From an uncultured Planctomycetota bacterium (lineage in GTDB: Bacteria; Planctomycetota; Planctomycetia; Isosphaerales; Isosphaeraceae), in contig CAWGMQ010000005.1 of assembly GCA_963823665.1 (NCBI GenBank), positions 1,024,001-1,088,000 on the forward strand: a stretch of DNA of 64,000 nucleotides, read 5' to 3'. The translations under genes were made by a program, and so were the position numbers. The stretch's first letter is position 1. Each line of letters begins with the position of its first letter. The notes under the pieces are model-generated. The model was not told where the DNA came from, did not search any database, and worked only from the letters and a program-made list of their open reading frames with translations. Below, in pieces: positions 50,246-61,557 of this stretch.

Positions 50246-53210
50246 TCGAACAGGCTTCGGGCTGGGCCGTCCCCTGGCTGATCTTCCTGGCCGAGTGGTC
50301 GATCCGGTGGGGAATCGTCATCGGCGTGCTGGCGGTCTGGCTCGCGGTGCGGCCGCCGCGGAGAACGGCGCTACGCCACCTGCTGTGCCTGGCGGCGCTG
50401 GCCGTCGGGTTCCTGCTGCCGGTCGGGCCTCGCTGGGGAGTTGGGTTCGTCGACACGTCGTCGGGGAGCAACGTGCCGGCCGGCTCGGCAGGAGCAGCCG
50501 CGCCTCGTTCGACCGCAGCCGGCAGCCCGAGGGAATCGCTCGCCGTTACTTCGCCAGGGGACAAGCGGGAGTCTCAGGAACTGGCGCGGGACACCGCCTC
50601 CAAGGTACGACCAGCACGCGAGGCCGGGGATCACGGGGCCATTCGAGCGAGGAGCAGCGCGCCGCTGGATTGGTGGCAGCTTGCGGCGATTTTGCTGTCG
50701 GGGGGGTGGGGGGCGGTTGTATTGATCATGGTCGTGAGGCTGGCGGGCGGCTGGGTGACGCTCTGGCGGCTGAGGCGCGAGGCCGTGGAGATTGTGGGCG
50801 AATCGGAACGATTGGTCGCTGAGTGTCGCGTGGCGCTGGGGTTGTCGCGGCCGGTGCGGGTGGCGGCGCACGCGGGGGTTTTATCGCCAGCGGTCGTGGC
50901 TGGGCGGCGGGCGGTCGTGCTCGTTCCGCCTGACTGGATGGAGTGGCCGGAGCCGGACCGCCGCGGCTGCCTGCTGCACGAGCTCGCGCATCTGGCGAGG
51001 TACGATGACTGGACCAAACTCGCGCAGGAAGTCGTGCGCATTCCTTTTTCTTCCACCCGCTGGTTCGCTGGCTGCTCGGCCGGCTCGACCTCGAGCGCGA
51101 GCTTCTGGGCGACGAGGCGGCCGTCGGGCTGGGTTTGTTTGATCCCGCGGCGTATGCGCGGCTGTTGCTCGAGCAGGCACGGCGGCCGGGGCGGCTGGTT
51201 CCCGTCGTGCGTTTGTCCCATCCTGGCGCGCTGCCGTTCCTTGACTGCCGGACCGTCGAGGTCCGAATCAAGAGACTTCTGGAGGAAGATATGGAAAGCA
51301 GTTTTGCCCGTCGGTCTGTCGTGGGGACCCTTTTGTTCGGCGGGGTGATCGTTGCCACAGCTCTGGTCATCGGCGGGATGCGCGTTCGAAAGAACGCACC
51401 GACTCCTGCGGTGCCACGGGCCATTGCCGGGCCCGTGCTGGTGCTTCATGGACGAATGGTAGACGCGACTGGTGCGCCGATCGCCGGCGCGACGCTCGTC
51501 GGCATCTACGAGTCGAGGATGCTCCGGCGTTTCGTGGGACCGGAAACGGCCACCGACGCGCGCGGCGAGTTTCGCGGCGAGTTTCAACTGCCGCCGTCGC
51601 TGAGCCCCGCGCCTGCGGCTGGCGACCGAGTACGGCTGATCGGACGGTTGCGCGATGGGGCCGAGTTTGAGACTGGCGTCGTTCTCACAACCGACGGCGC
51701 GGTCACTCTCAAGCTGCCGGTTGACGTCGAGGCGCCCGGCGGCGTGAGCGGGCCACGCGAGGCTGCTCGCGGGGAGCTGGCGGGACGGGTTGTTGACGCC
51801 CAGGGCAAGCCGATCGAGGGAGCCGAGGCCGATGCCTGGACCTTTTTCCCGGGTAATGAGGCCAAGACGGACAAGGAGGGGTTCTTCCGCCTCACGGGGC
51901 TCGACAAATCCGGACCGGATCCGAAGCTCGAGGTTGTCATTCGCAAGGCGGGGTACACGCCGCAATTCTTCCTGGCTCAGCCGACAGGGCGGCCGGGCTG
52001 GGTGATCGTGCTGAGGAACAAGACGTACTTTGAAGGGCGAGTTGTCGGGCCCGACGGCAAGCCCGTTGCGGGCGCCCGCGTGCGGGCCAATTGCGGACCG
52101 AAGCTGAGCGCGGGCCAGGTCTGGAACGAGGCGACGACAGGTGATGACGGGCGGTACCGGATGTATGCCCAGGCCGACGTGTACGACATCCAGGTGCGCG
52201 CTCCGGGGGTCGGGGTGGCGCGACTGCCCGAGAGAGTGCTCGGTTTCGACGAGGCCAAAGCGCTGGACATTCGTCTTGAGCCGGGCCTGATCTTCCGGGC
52301 GACGCTGGTGGACAGCCTCTCCGGAAAGCCCGTGCCGGGGGTGCGGCTGCGGGCGGTGGGCAACGATCCGGGCATCGAGGGCCGGTCAGGACCTGACGGG
52401 GGCTTGGTGATCCACGACATGATGCCCGGACGAATCGAGTTTCAGGTCGAGGCGCCCGAGTATGGTCGCTGGTGGTCGGACGACGCTCTGACCGTGTCGA
52501 ACCGCCGTACTGGCGGTGGGATGGAGAGCGGCTGGCGGCGAAACTTTGACTACCTCGACTTCGAAGTGACGTCCGGTATGCAGCAAGTGACCATCACGCT
52601 CGAACGCGCAGCGATGGTGACGGGCCGGGTCGTGGACCCGGATGGGAGGGCGGTTGCGGGGGCCACTGTCGACCCGGCCCTGACCGGAACAGGGAACTCG
52701 CTGACCGGCGATGCGCGGTTTGCCGTCCGGACAGGCGACGACGGTAAGTTCAAGCTGATGCTGCCTGCGAGCGGCCGCCACCTATTCAACCTGGTCGCGC
52801 ACGACGGCAAGTACCTCGAGTGGCGGAGGTGGGCCAACGGCGTGCTTCCGCCGATCCAAGCCGAGCCGGGCGAGGCGGTGCGTGACGTCGAGATCAAGCT
52901 GAGCCGGCCGGCGAGCGTGCGCGGGCGCGTGATCGGACCGGACGGACGGCCGGTTGCGAGGCGCGAAGTGCGCGCCAGCGCGGCCGACAAGCTCGAGAAC
53001 CGGTACTATGATCCGACCGTGACGACGGCGGACGATGGGAGTTATGAGCTGAAGTTCATCCGTGCCGGTGAACAGTTCATCCAGGTGGCCCCGTTCTGGA
53101 TTGATGGGCGACAGGCACCGGAGGGGACCAGCCGCACGGTGAACCTCACAGCGGGCGAAACGAAGGACGGGGTGGACTTCCGGCTTCCGAAGGCTGCGGG
53201 GGCGAATTGA
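50242..53210 (+). CDS. BlaR1-like M56 peptidase sensor with carboxypeptidase-regulatory-like repeats, 1-nt frameshift near 51048
   Basis: LLHELAHLARYD; FFHPLVRW..ERELLGD continues in the shifted frame; repeated GRVVD..GKPxxGA. ATGA-coupled to the repressor. Confidence 0.85.
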
Positions 53211-53363
53211 GGGCGATTCGCGGGGACGGACGCGAGATGCGCAGGCAGGCGAGGAAAAGATCAAGGGGTGTGACCGATTCGTAGCACGCACACGCCGTGT
53301 GCCGTGGCTCTTTCGTAGCAGGAACAACCTGTGTGCAGTGGCTCGTTTTCCTGGACTGGGCCA

Positions 53364-55292
53364 TCAGTCGAGGATCAGCTTGGCGTAGGCGTACATGCCG
53401 GGCTTGAGCTTGCCGTCGAGGTTGGGCAAGTCGATTTCGACGCGGAGCGCGCGGGGCTTGACCGTTTGCGTCCAAGAGGTGCGCGTGATGCTGGCGGGAA
53501 TCGGTTCGTCGCGATAGGCTTTGACGAGCACGGTTGCTTTCGTGCCGATGTGCACGTCATTTGCGTCGTGCTCCCGGATCTCGGCAAACACCCGGACCGT
53601 GTCGATGCGATCGATGATGTAAACTGGGGCCGTGGTGCGCGGCGACGTGCGGGGAACGCCGATGACGGCTGGAGGAACGCCCGACTTGGGGTGGACGAAC
53701 TCGCCGGTCGCGGCCTTGCGAGCGACGATCAGGCCGTCGCAGGGGGCGGTGATGGTGAAGCAGCTCGCCCAGGCCGAGATCCGCTTCTGCTCGCTCTCCG
53801 CGACGGCCAAGGCGGCGGCGGCGACCGCGACGTCGACCCTGGATCTTGCGAGTGTTGCCCGATACGCGAGCAGCTCGCCTTCCGCCTTGTGAATGGCCGC
53901 TCTGGCCACGTCGGTCGCGGCCGCGCACTCGTCGATTGCCACCCTGGCCGCTGCTTGGGCGGGGGCGTCTGCCTTCAATCGCTTGATCGAATCCAGGAAG
54001 CGCTTGGGGTCGACGACGCGCTCGAGCTGCTCGAGCTCCGATTTCCAGCGGCTCAAGCCGGTTTCGTCTGTGGTGAGGCTCGCCTGGGCCTGGTCAAGGC
54101 GCGCCCGGGCGGCCTTGACGCGGGCATCGGCGGCTTCCACCGTGATACCGGCCGGGCCGATGCGTTCCGATGCGGGCGTCGCAGGCGCGGTCCTCGTCGC
54201 GTGATCGAGAGCCAACGCAGGCGGGAGGAGGGTGCAGAGCACGTCACCCTTCTTCACCTTGGTGCCGATGTCGACCTTCATATTCTCGATATATCCAGTG
54301 ACCGTGGGATAGATCGGGATGCGCTCGAAGCTTTCGATGAAGCAAGGCTGACCGACCTCGCGGACGACGTTCTGGACCGGGGGGTGGATGAGCTTCACGG
54401 TGGGGACGCTGTCGCCAGGATGGGGCTTGGGTTTTTTCTGGACCGCCGCGGCTCCGGCGTGCCAGGCGCAATAGCTGCCGCCGAGGCTGATGCACAACAG
54501 GACCGCTGCGGTTCTGAGCTTGGCGAATAGCATGGAATTCAATACTCCTTGCGCGAGGACGGCGGCGGTCTTGTCGGTCACGAAACCGAGAGCGATGCGG
54601 GTGGTGGACTGGGCAAGCGCGGATGGGACCGCCGCCTGGGCCTGCCCGGCTGCTCCGGCGACAAGGACGGCGGCCGGTGCCGTCACGCCGCGGCGGGTGA
54701 GCCGCTGGCGCAAGTGCTGTCGCGCTCGGGCGAGCCGGCCGCGGATCGCCGCGGGCGAGAGCCCGAGCTCTAATGCGACCGCGTCGCAGGTGAGGCCTTG
54801 CAGGTAGCAGAGCACGATGGGGGCGCACAATCGTTCGGGGAGTCCGTGGATTTCCTCGCGGAGGATCTCGCAATCGGGATCGTACTGATCCTGGAGGTAG
54901 CTTTCGGGGCTCCGCTGCGCGGCACGCTGTTCGAGCGAGTGCCGGCGCGCGGCGCTGCGCCTGGCACGAGTCGCCACGCGATGCGCGACGCCGAAGAGCC
55001 AGCATGCGACGGATGCATGCCTGCGAAGGGACCCGGCCCGGTTGGCCAGGATGAGGAAGACGGCCTGGAAGGCGTCCTCCGCGGCGTGCGCGTCGTGAAG
55101 AACGCTCTGGCAGACGCGGAGCACAATCGGCCCGTGCCGGACCACCAGCTCTTCGAAGGCCGCGTCCGCGGCGTCATCGCGCTGGGTGATGAATCGGTCC
55201 ATGAGCTGCGCATCGGACAGCATTCCGACTGCTCCGAAGTTGAACAGCCGGAAGACGTGCCGGTGCGGTCGGTCGGATGGGTTGGCCGCCAT
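53364..55292 (-). CDS. ECF sigma-70 factor fused via a TM helix to an RND periplasmic adaptor (HlyD-like) domain
   Basis: AFEELVVRHGP, AEDAFQAVFL, LCYLQGL, RGRLARAR; then VDIGTKVKKGDVL, coiled coil, ITAPCDG, LKPGMYA. Confidence 0.85.
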   Translation of the reverse strand: MAANPSDRPHRHVFRLFNFGAVGMLSDAQLMDRFITQRDDAADAAFEELVVRHGPIVLRVCQSVLHDAHAAEDAFQAVFLILANRAGSLRRHASVACWLFGVAHRVATRARRSAARRHSLEQRAAQRSPESYLQDQYDPDCEILREEIHGLPERLCAPIVLCYLQGLTCDAVALELGLSPAAIRGRLARARQHLRQRLTRRGVTAPAAVLVAGAAGQAQAAVPSALAQSTTRIALGFVTDKTAAVLAQGVLNSMLFAKLRTAAVLLCISLGGSYCAWHAGAAAVQKKPKPHPGDSVPTVKLIHPPVQNVVREVGQPCFIESFERIPIYPTVTGYIENMKVDIGTKVKKGDVLCTLLPPALALDHATRTAPATPASERIGPAGITVEAADARVKAARARLDQAQASLTTDETGLSRWKSELEQLERVVDPKRFLDSIKRLKADAPAQAAARVAIDECAAATDVARAAIHKAEGELLAYRATLARSRVDVAVAAAALAVAESEQKRISAWASCFTITAPCDGLIVARKAATGEFVHPKSGVPPAVIGVPRTSPRTTAPVYIIDRIDTVRVFAEIREHDANDVHIGTKATVLVKAYRDEPIPASITRTSWTQTVKPRALRVEIDLPNLDGKLKPGMYAYAKLILD

Positions 55293-55364
55293 TTCTTTCG
55301 ATCTCCCGGATTGCTGGTCTCCTTATAGTAGTACCCGCTGAGCAGAGGTTGCTCACGAAGGTTT

Positions 55365-55545
55365 TTTGAGAAGCAGCGGGTCGCCTCAGGGGGATTCCAG
55401 GAATTCCAGGGGCTGGAAGAATTCCTGGGGCCGGAAGATTTGCAGGGGCTGGAAGCCCCGGGGTATTGACCTTCGCCCACTTCGGGGCGAGTGGAGTTCT
55501 TGGGAGGAGGCTATCCCAGGGGCTCGAAGCCCCTGGCTATTGACC
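55365..55545. repeat. Degenerate palindromic CCAGGGGCT..AAGCCCCTGG repeats
   Basis: Three related units; the best hairpin is CCAGGGGCT-CGA-AGCCCCTGG near 55516-55536. Confidence 0.55.
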
Positions 55546-55574
55546 GGTGCCCCGGTTGGGGCGAGTCAGTAAGC

Positions 55575-56165
55575 TTATGGTTTGGTCCGCGTGTACTTTG
55601 TTTCGACGGCTTTTGCTTCCTGGCCGCTCGGCAGCACGTTGTAGGCTGTGATCGTGAGATGATCTTCGTCGATGAGCTCAAGTACGGTGTTCCAACCCCA
55701 GGGTGGAGTGTTCGGGGCGGTCGCGTATTTTCCTTTCACCACGAAACCCCGCGGTGTTGCCTCGCCCTCCGAGAACAAGATCGCAGTATCCATGTGAAAG
55801 TCGTCCATCCACGAGACCTGGTAACGCTTCGTGATCGAATTGAATGCGATCGTCTCCTCTCCGTGGCGCGGTTTGCCCTGCATCGAACCCTCGTACTCGT
55901 GACGGAAAAGCCTCGCGCCCAAGAGTGCGTGAAACTTGCCTTTCACCTTTGACTCATCAGCCAGCTTGCCGGGTTCAAACCATGTCTGGCACGTGCCCTC
56001 CCATGAACCGACCAGTGAATTCAGGAGCTGTCTTGGCGTGGTTTTCTTGCCTTGAGCTGGGATGGGGGAGGCCTTGTCTTTGGAGGGGGAATCTTGCGCC
56101 GGGGTCGCCGCTGGCGGCGCAACGAGCAACGACATCATGAACAGAGGCACGTGAATCGGCTTCAT
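55575..56165 (-). CDS. DUF1579-family secreted protein
   Basis: Signal peptide; LVGSWEG..WFEPG, SWMDDFHM, WGWNT. Confidence 0.8.
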   Translation of the reverse strand: MKPIHVPLFMMSLLVAPPAATPAQDSPSKDKASPIPAQGKKTTPRQLLNSLVGSWEGTCQTWFEPGKLADESKVKGKFHALLGARLFRHEYEGSMQGKPRHGEETIAFNSITKRYQVSWMDDFHMDTAILFSEGEATPRGFVVKGKYATAPNTPPWGWNTVLELIDEDHLTITAYNVLPSGQEAKAVETKYTRTKP

Positions 56166-57412
56166 GGGTTGTTCCTTATCCTCAGATTGATCCCAAGACG
56201 CATTTCAGTAGACGCGAGCCGAGGATGACGCTCAAGCACCATTTTGGCTTTTGGATTGATGCTCTGGGCGGCGCGGTCGACGATTGCGAGGAGGCACGCG
56301 ACACACTCGTGAAGGCATGTGCGGACGGGGTCGCGCGGACCTCGTGCGGAGGTATGCTCAGGGCGCGCGCATACAGAATGAATATTCTTCGCTAATCGAA
56401 CTCATCGCTGTAAGCCGGAATCTTTCTGGAAATTTCCCGGTCGATAGCCAGTCGAATCGGCAAAGTCGTCGCATATTCTACATGAGGGAGTGCGCGGCGT
56501 GGTCGCGTCTTGCAGGCGGCGGGAACCGGCTCATGGCACCACACGCGTTTTGGAGGCAGATCCGAAGCCTGGAGGAATTCATTCATGACCGACGGAAGTT
56601 TTCCAGGGGCTCGAACGAGTTCTCAGAGCGGCGTGTTTACACTGGTGTACAAATGCTGGAAGAGCTCGAGGATGCGCCACTTTGCGCCACTTTGCGCCAC
56701 TCTTTCGAGGGGTGCGGCGGTGGAGTTGTTGCGACGCAAGTTCAATGGAAATCATCGAATAGGAGGACGGTCTGGCGATCTTCGGCGATGGAAAAACCTC
56801 GTGGCGCGGGTGCCCCACGAGCGCCACGACAAATCGCTGGTGTTGTTCACTAAGCTTTGGCCGTTTTTTTCAGGGCACTGGAAGCGAGATCTGCGCTGCC
56901 TGGGCGTGCGGTGGGCTGATGAAAAGCGGACCGTACTGGAGTGCTCAGCCGCGCTCGGGTTGCGCGGACTCCTCTTCGCGACGTCGGGTTCATTGGTGAA
57001 CCCGCGGACCGGCCCGATTGATCGCCGGCGAGAGCGAGCGACTTGAATGGCTGCCTTTGATCGCAACGGTTCTCTTTACCACATCAAAGTTACATATCGT
57101 GCGCCATTGCTGTGTTCAATCTGGTAACGCTTTTACACATGTTCGCGATGCGTCGCCATTTTTCGGGTCGGGGAGGGTTCTTCCTAGCGGTGCCGCGGGA
57201 ACGAGAAAGACCCTTCGCGGAGCGAAGGGCGACCATTCGAAACGTGGGGATGGAGATTTTCCCGTGCGTGTTCACGGTTGGGAAATGCCTCGTTCGTGTT
57301 TCGACGACGCGAAGCGTGGGAACGAGACGGCGTTGGTGCGGGCTGAGCGGCATCATCGGGGGGGAGGGGAGATTTTTTTTGAAAATGTGATCACTGAGGC
57401 TGAAAGCCTGAC

Positions 57413-58495
57413 CTACGTGAAGTCACCGTATCCGGAGTCTTTCAGGCTTTCGACCAGGGACTTGAGTTTGTCGAGTTGGTCTTTTCTGGCGACGAGTGTG
57501 GCCTTGCCGGAGTGGACGATGACCAGGTTGTCGACGCCCAGGGTGGCTATCAGGCCGCCGTCATCGGAGATGATGATCGAGCCTGTGGTGTCGCGCGTGA
57601 GGACCGAGCCCTGGGTGGCGTTGCCGGAGGGGTCTGGCTCGAGGAGGGTGGCGACGGCACGCCAGTCGCCGACGTCGTTCCAGCGATATGGGACCTCGAG
57701 CACGCGCACGCGCAGGGCGTGTTCCATCACGGCCTTGTCGATCGGTACTCGTTCGAGAGATGGGAAATGGCGTGCGAGGACTTCGGCCTCTTGCGAGGTG
57801 CCCAGCGCTTGAAAGATCGGCTCAAGAGCCAGAGCGAGGTTGGGGCGGTGGGTTTTCAGCTCGTCGAGGATGGTTTGCGCGCGCCAGACGAAGATGCCGG
57901 CGTTCCAGGCGAAGGTGCCAGCGGCGAGGAATGCTTCGGCGGTGGCACGGTCGGGTTTTTCGCGGAATTGAATTACTTCGTAGACGGGGATTCCGCCGCG
58001 GGTTGTTTCCAGCAACGCACCGCGCTCGATGTAGCCGTAACCGGTCTCGGGGTGAGTGGGTTTGATGCCGAAGGTGATGAGGGCGGCGGGATCTTGATCG
58101 ATGACCGAGACTGCGGCCTCGACGGTTGCGCGGAAGGCTTCAGGAGGTTCGATCACGTGATCGGCGGGCATGACGATCATCGTGGCTTTTTCGTCGCGGC
58201 CGCGGATGATGCCGGCGGCCAGGGCGACGCAGGGGGCGGTGTCGCGCGGGGCGGGCTCGGCGATGATGTTTTGTGCGGGCAGGCCCGGGAGCTGCGATCG
58301 CGTTGCGTCGGCCTGGTCGGCACCGGTGACGATCAGGGTGCGCTCCGGGGGCACGAGGGGCTCGATGCGCGCGACGGTCTGCTGAATCATCGTGGCGTCG
58401 CCGTAGAGGCGCAGAAGCTGCTTGGGGCGGTCGCGGCGGCTCTTGGGCCAGAAGCGTGTGCCGCTGCCGCCAGCCATGATCACTGCGTATAACAC
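57413..58495 (-). CDS. manC: Mannose-1-phosphate guanylyltransferase
   Basis: IMAGGSGTRFWPKSR..PKQ, PADH, ETGYGYI, FREKP, WNAG, WNDVG. Confidence 0.93.
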   Translation of the reverse strand: MLYAVIMAGGSGTRFWPKSRRDRPKQLLRLYGDATMIQQTVARIEPLVPPERTLIVTGADQADATRSQLPGLPAQNIIAEPAPRDTAPCVALAAGIIRGRDEKATMIVMPADHVIEPPEAFRATVEAAVSVIDQDPAALITFGIKPTHPETGYGYIERGALLETTRGGIPVYEVIQFREKPDRATAEAFLAAGTFAWNAGIFVWRAQTILDELKTHRPNLALALEPIFQALGTSQEAEVLARHFPSLERVPIDKAVMEHALRVRVLEVPYRWNDVGDWRAVATLLEPDPSGNATQGSVLTRDTTGSIIISDDGGLIATLGVDNLVIVHSGKATLVARKDQLDKLKSLVESLKDSGYGDFT

Positions 58496-58722
58496 TCGAA
58501 TGCACCCCCCCTGGCCCCCCCTTCTCAAGGGGGGGAAATTGGAATGGCTATGACGTCAACGGAGAAAGATCGGGCGCTTGATGACCATGCCGGGTTCGAT
58601 GATCACTGCGTGCAACACTCGAATGCACCCCCCTGGCCCCCCCTTCTCAAGGGGGGGAGATTGGAATGGCTATCACGTCAACGGAGAAAGATCGGGCGCT
58701 CGATGACCATGCCGGGTTCGAT
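58476..58722. repeat. Tandem duplication of about 122 bp covering the gene junction
   Basis: 58476-58600 and 58599-58722 are near-identical. Confidence 0.9.
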
Positions 58723-60117
58723 TTTCGATTTGAGCTCGTTGGCGTCGAGGGCGAAGAGCGGGCTGATCTCGATGCCGAAGGGGACGGAGCCGTCGGGGCG
58801 GCGTGGGACGACGGCGCCGGCCTGCTCGAGCCAGTTGCCGAACTGGTCGCTCATGCGCTGGTGGACGGTGGCGGGCGAGTCGGGGCCGACGGCGTTCTTG
58901 AGGGGCTCGAATTCGCCGGAGCGATCGGTCTCGACTATCGTCCAACGGCTGGCCAGAGGGAGTGCATCGAAGATGAACTGCTCGAGCTTGACGGCGTTGG
59001 GCTCGTCCGGTTTTTTGAGCACACCGTCTTCGCCCAGGTAAGGGACCTTCTTCACGGCACGATGGAAGGGGAGCTGGTGATCGGTGGCGAGGCGCTCGAT
59101 GAACGAACGGTCAAGAATATGAACCGCGATGCTGCCGGCCCAGAGCTCGAGTGCACCTTCGGGCACACGGCGGCTGGCGAGCTCGGGCGGGAGGTCGGAG
59201 TATTCGATAACCTGCGGGCGGCCATTGACCGAGACGACCGCGCCCAGCTTTTCATCGGGCGTGAGGCGCTCGACGACCTTGAACGAGATATCGGCGGCGG
59301 CTTCAAGGTGCAAGCCGATGAACGCCGGTTCGGCGATACGGACCAAAGGATTATCGACTTGAAAATAATAGAGTGTTTTTACACGCTGGTCGCGCATTTC
59401 TTCCAGAGGGCTCGGGTGGCCGGGCTCGGTGCGGGCGGCCAGCGCGGTGATGGTGCCTCCATGCCCGTCGGGGGAAAGGGCGATCCGGTCCTTGCCGGCG
59501 AGGAGGATCTTGCCGGTGGATCGATCGAGGGCGGGCATCTGGCCCTGGGTGAAGAAGCGGAGCTTCTCGAGGCCGAAGCGATCGTGTTGGTCGAAGAAGG
59601 CGATGGTGGCCGCGTGGTTTTCGGGGCTGGTCATGATGAAGAGGGGAATGGCTCTTCCGAAGCGTTTGCCCAGGGCGACGATCTTCTCGGCGTGAATCTG
59701 GAACAGGCTGGCGGAGGAGACGGGACCGATGGGAAAGGTTCCCTTGGGGCCTTCGAAGCCGAGGCGCGTGCCCGAGCCGCCGGCGACCAGGATGACCCCG
59801 ACCTCGCCGGCGGCCAGGGCGTCGGCACCGGTTCCGGCGGAGCGGAGCCGGAGCATGCGCTCGCCATCGGTCTGGGGAAGGCGCATGACCTCCACGGGCG
59901 CGACCTGGTCGGGCGTGGCGGCGGCGGCGGCTGTGGCCGCGACGGGGTTCTTGAGCACGAGCTCGGCGATCAAGCGGTCGAGGCGATCGAAATCGATCGC
60001 GGCGATCTCGGCCGCCAGATGGGCACGACAGGGGGCATCGAGCTCAGGCCACCAGCGCAGAAGGTGGGTCTGTCCATGACGCTCGAGGCGCTCGAGCAAG
60101 ACCGGGTCGGGAGACAT
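58678..60117 (-). CDS. UDPGP type 1 family uridylyltransferase (UDP-GlcNAc/UDP-Glc pyrophosphorylase)
   Basis: VAGGSGTRLGFEGPKG, PDGHGG, QVDNPL, VIEYSDL, KLEQFIFD, EFEPLKN. Confidence 0.9.
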   Translation of the reverse strand: MSPDPVLLERLERHGQTHLLRWWPELDAPCRAHLAAEIAAIDFDRLDRLIAELVLKNPVAATAAAAATPDQVAPVEVMRLPQTDGERMLRLRSAGTGADALAAGEVGVILVAGGSGTRLGFEGPKGTFPIGPVSSASLFQIHAEKIVALGKRFGRAIPLFIMTSPENHAATIAFFDQHDRFGLEKLRFFTQGQMPALDRSTGKILLAGKDRIALSPDGHGGTITALAARTEPGHPSPLEEMRDQRVKTLYYFQVDNPLVRIAEPAFIGLHLEAAADISFKVVERLTPDEKLGAVVSVNGRPQVIEYSDLPPELASRRVPEGALELWAGSIAVHILDRSFIERLATDHQLPFHRAVKKVPYLGEDGVLKKPDEPNAVKLEQFIFDALPLASRWTIVETDRSGEFEPLKNAVGPDSPATVHQRMSDQFGNWLEQAGAVVPRRPDGSVPFGIEISPLFALDANELKSKIEPGMVIERPIFLR

Positions 60118-60192
60118 CGCGTACCATACTCCTCGCAAGAAAAGCAACTCGTGGGGATTGATTGCCCGAAGTCCTCCGTCTCGGTGACGGGT

Positions 60193-61008
60193 TCAGAAAG
60201 TCAGTTGCAGCCCATCATAGGCGAGGGCTACCTGCGGCGGCAGGGCAGCCTGAGTGGGCCCGTGATCGAAGCTGTGCGAAAGGTGGGTCAAGTAGGTGCG
60301 ACCCGGCTGCAGCGATTCGATGAGCGCGAGTGCCTGGCTCAAGGACATGTGGGTCGGATGCGGCTCGTAGCGCAATGCGTCCAGGATCAGCACGTCGAGG
60401 CCCTCGAGATGCGGCAGGCTCTCGTCGGGAACGCGGCTGACGTCCGTGCAGTAGGCCAACGAGCCGATGCGAAAGCCCAGCACCGGGGATGGTCCATGTT
60501 CGAGGCGGAGCGGCACGACTTGCTCGCCCAGGACTTCGAACGGCTTGCCCGGCTCGATCGTGACGAACGTGAGCCGTGGGACGAAACCCGGCGGGTCGTT
60601 TTCGGTGCCGGGGCGAAATGCGTAACTAAAGACGCGCCGGATCGTCTGCTCGGTGTCGAGTTCGCAATAGATGGGAACGGGGCCGCCAATCCAGCGCGGA
60701 AAGAGCCTGGCGTCATCGAGCCCGAAGAGGTGGTCGGCATGCGAGTGCGTGAAGGCGATGGCATGGACCAGGCGCACGCGTTCGCGCAGAAGCTGGACGC
60801 GCATTTCGGGAGTGGTGTCGACGAGCAGGTTGCCGCCGGGGAAGGACAAGAGCACGCTGGGCCGAGTGCGCTGGTTCCGGGGGTCGCTCGAGGTGCATAC
60901 GTGGCAATCGCAGCCGATCATGGGTACGCCGGTCGAGGTGCCGGTGCCCAGGAAGGTCAATCGCCGGGTCCCTGGCGGTTCGGTCTCAGTCAAACGTTTC
61001 GCCCTCAA
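60193..61008 (-). CDS. MBL-fold hydrolase (PhnP/YycJ-like)
   Basis: FLGTGTSTGVPMIGCDCHVC, THSHADH, THLSH. Start uncertain. Confidence 0.9.
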   Translation of the reverse strand: MRAKRLTETEPPGTRRLTFLGTGTSTGVPMIGCDCHVCTSSDPRNQRTRPSVLLSFPGGNLLVDTTPEMRVQLLRERVRLVHAIAFTHSHADHLFGLDDARLFPRWIGGPVPIYCELDTEQTIRRVFSYAFRPGTENDPPGFVPRLTFVTIEPGKPFEVLGEQVVPLRLEHGPSPVLGFRIGSLAYCTDVSRVPDESLPHLEGLDVLILDALRYEPHPTHMSLSQALALIESLQPGRTYLTHLSHSFDHGPTQAALPPQVALAYDGLQLTF

Positions 61009-61557
61009 CTGGTCGTCGTCGTCGTGATCTCATGTTTGCGGCTGCTGGGATCCGGCAGATGGCGCCTGGGAGAAGGCGATTTTCGCGTATATCTCCCGCA
61101 GCGGGACGTTGCAGTCGATCGATGCGAGCTGCAGGGTGTCGTCGATGTTTCGCAAGCTAGTCGAGTGCCAATTGTCGCCTTCGCGGAGAAATCGTTCCAC
61201 GAGAACTTTGTCCTGGGCGACCGATTTTGTACTCAGCGAGGCGCTCGAGCGCGAGATATTCTTCGGGGGTGTAGCGCAGTTTCAGCGCGGGCGATGCCAT
61301 GCTGGGCTCCGCAGTGTTCGTTGTCGCAGTCATCTCATTATCTTACGACATTGTCGCGGGCCAATGCGAATGGGATTTGGTCTTTCATGGTGATGACAGC
61401 AGACGGAATGCACCCCCCCTGGCCCCCCCTTCTTACGGGGGGGAAAGGGAGCGCGGCGAACGCTGGGGGAAGACGCGGAGCGTCGGAACGAGGAAACATT
61501 GTGGCTCAGCGGGAGCTTCGCCATTTCTGTGTCGGGCGCGGGGAATTCAATTGCTTT

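Noticed and set aside
56166..57412. Several overlapping ORFs and a short CGCCACTTTG tandem repeat near 56676
   Set aside because: No recognisable motifs or consistent coding signal; left unannotated.
61264..61330. tRNA-Pro-like start GGGGTGTAGCGCAG
   Set aside because: No T-arm GGTTC, anticodon stem or matching acceptor stem follows.
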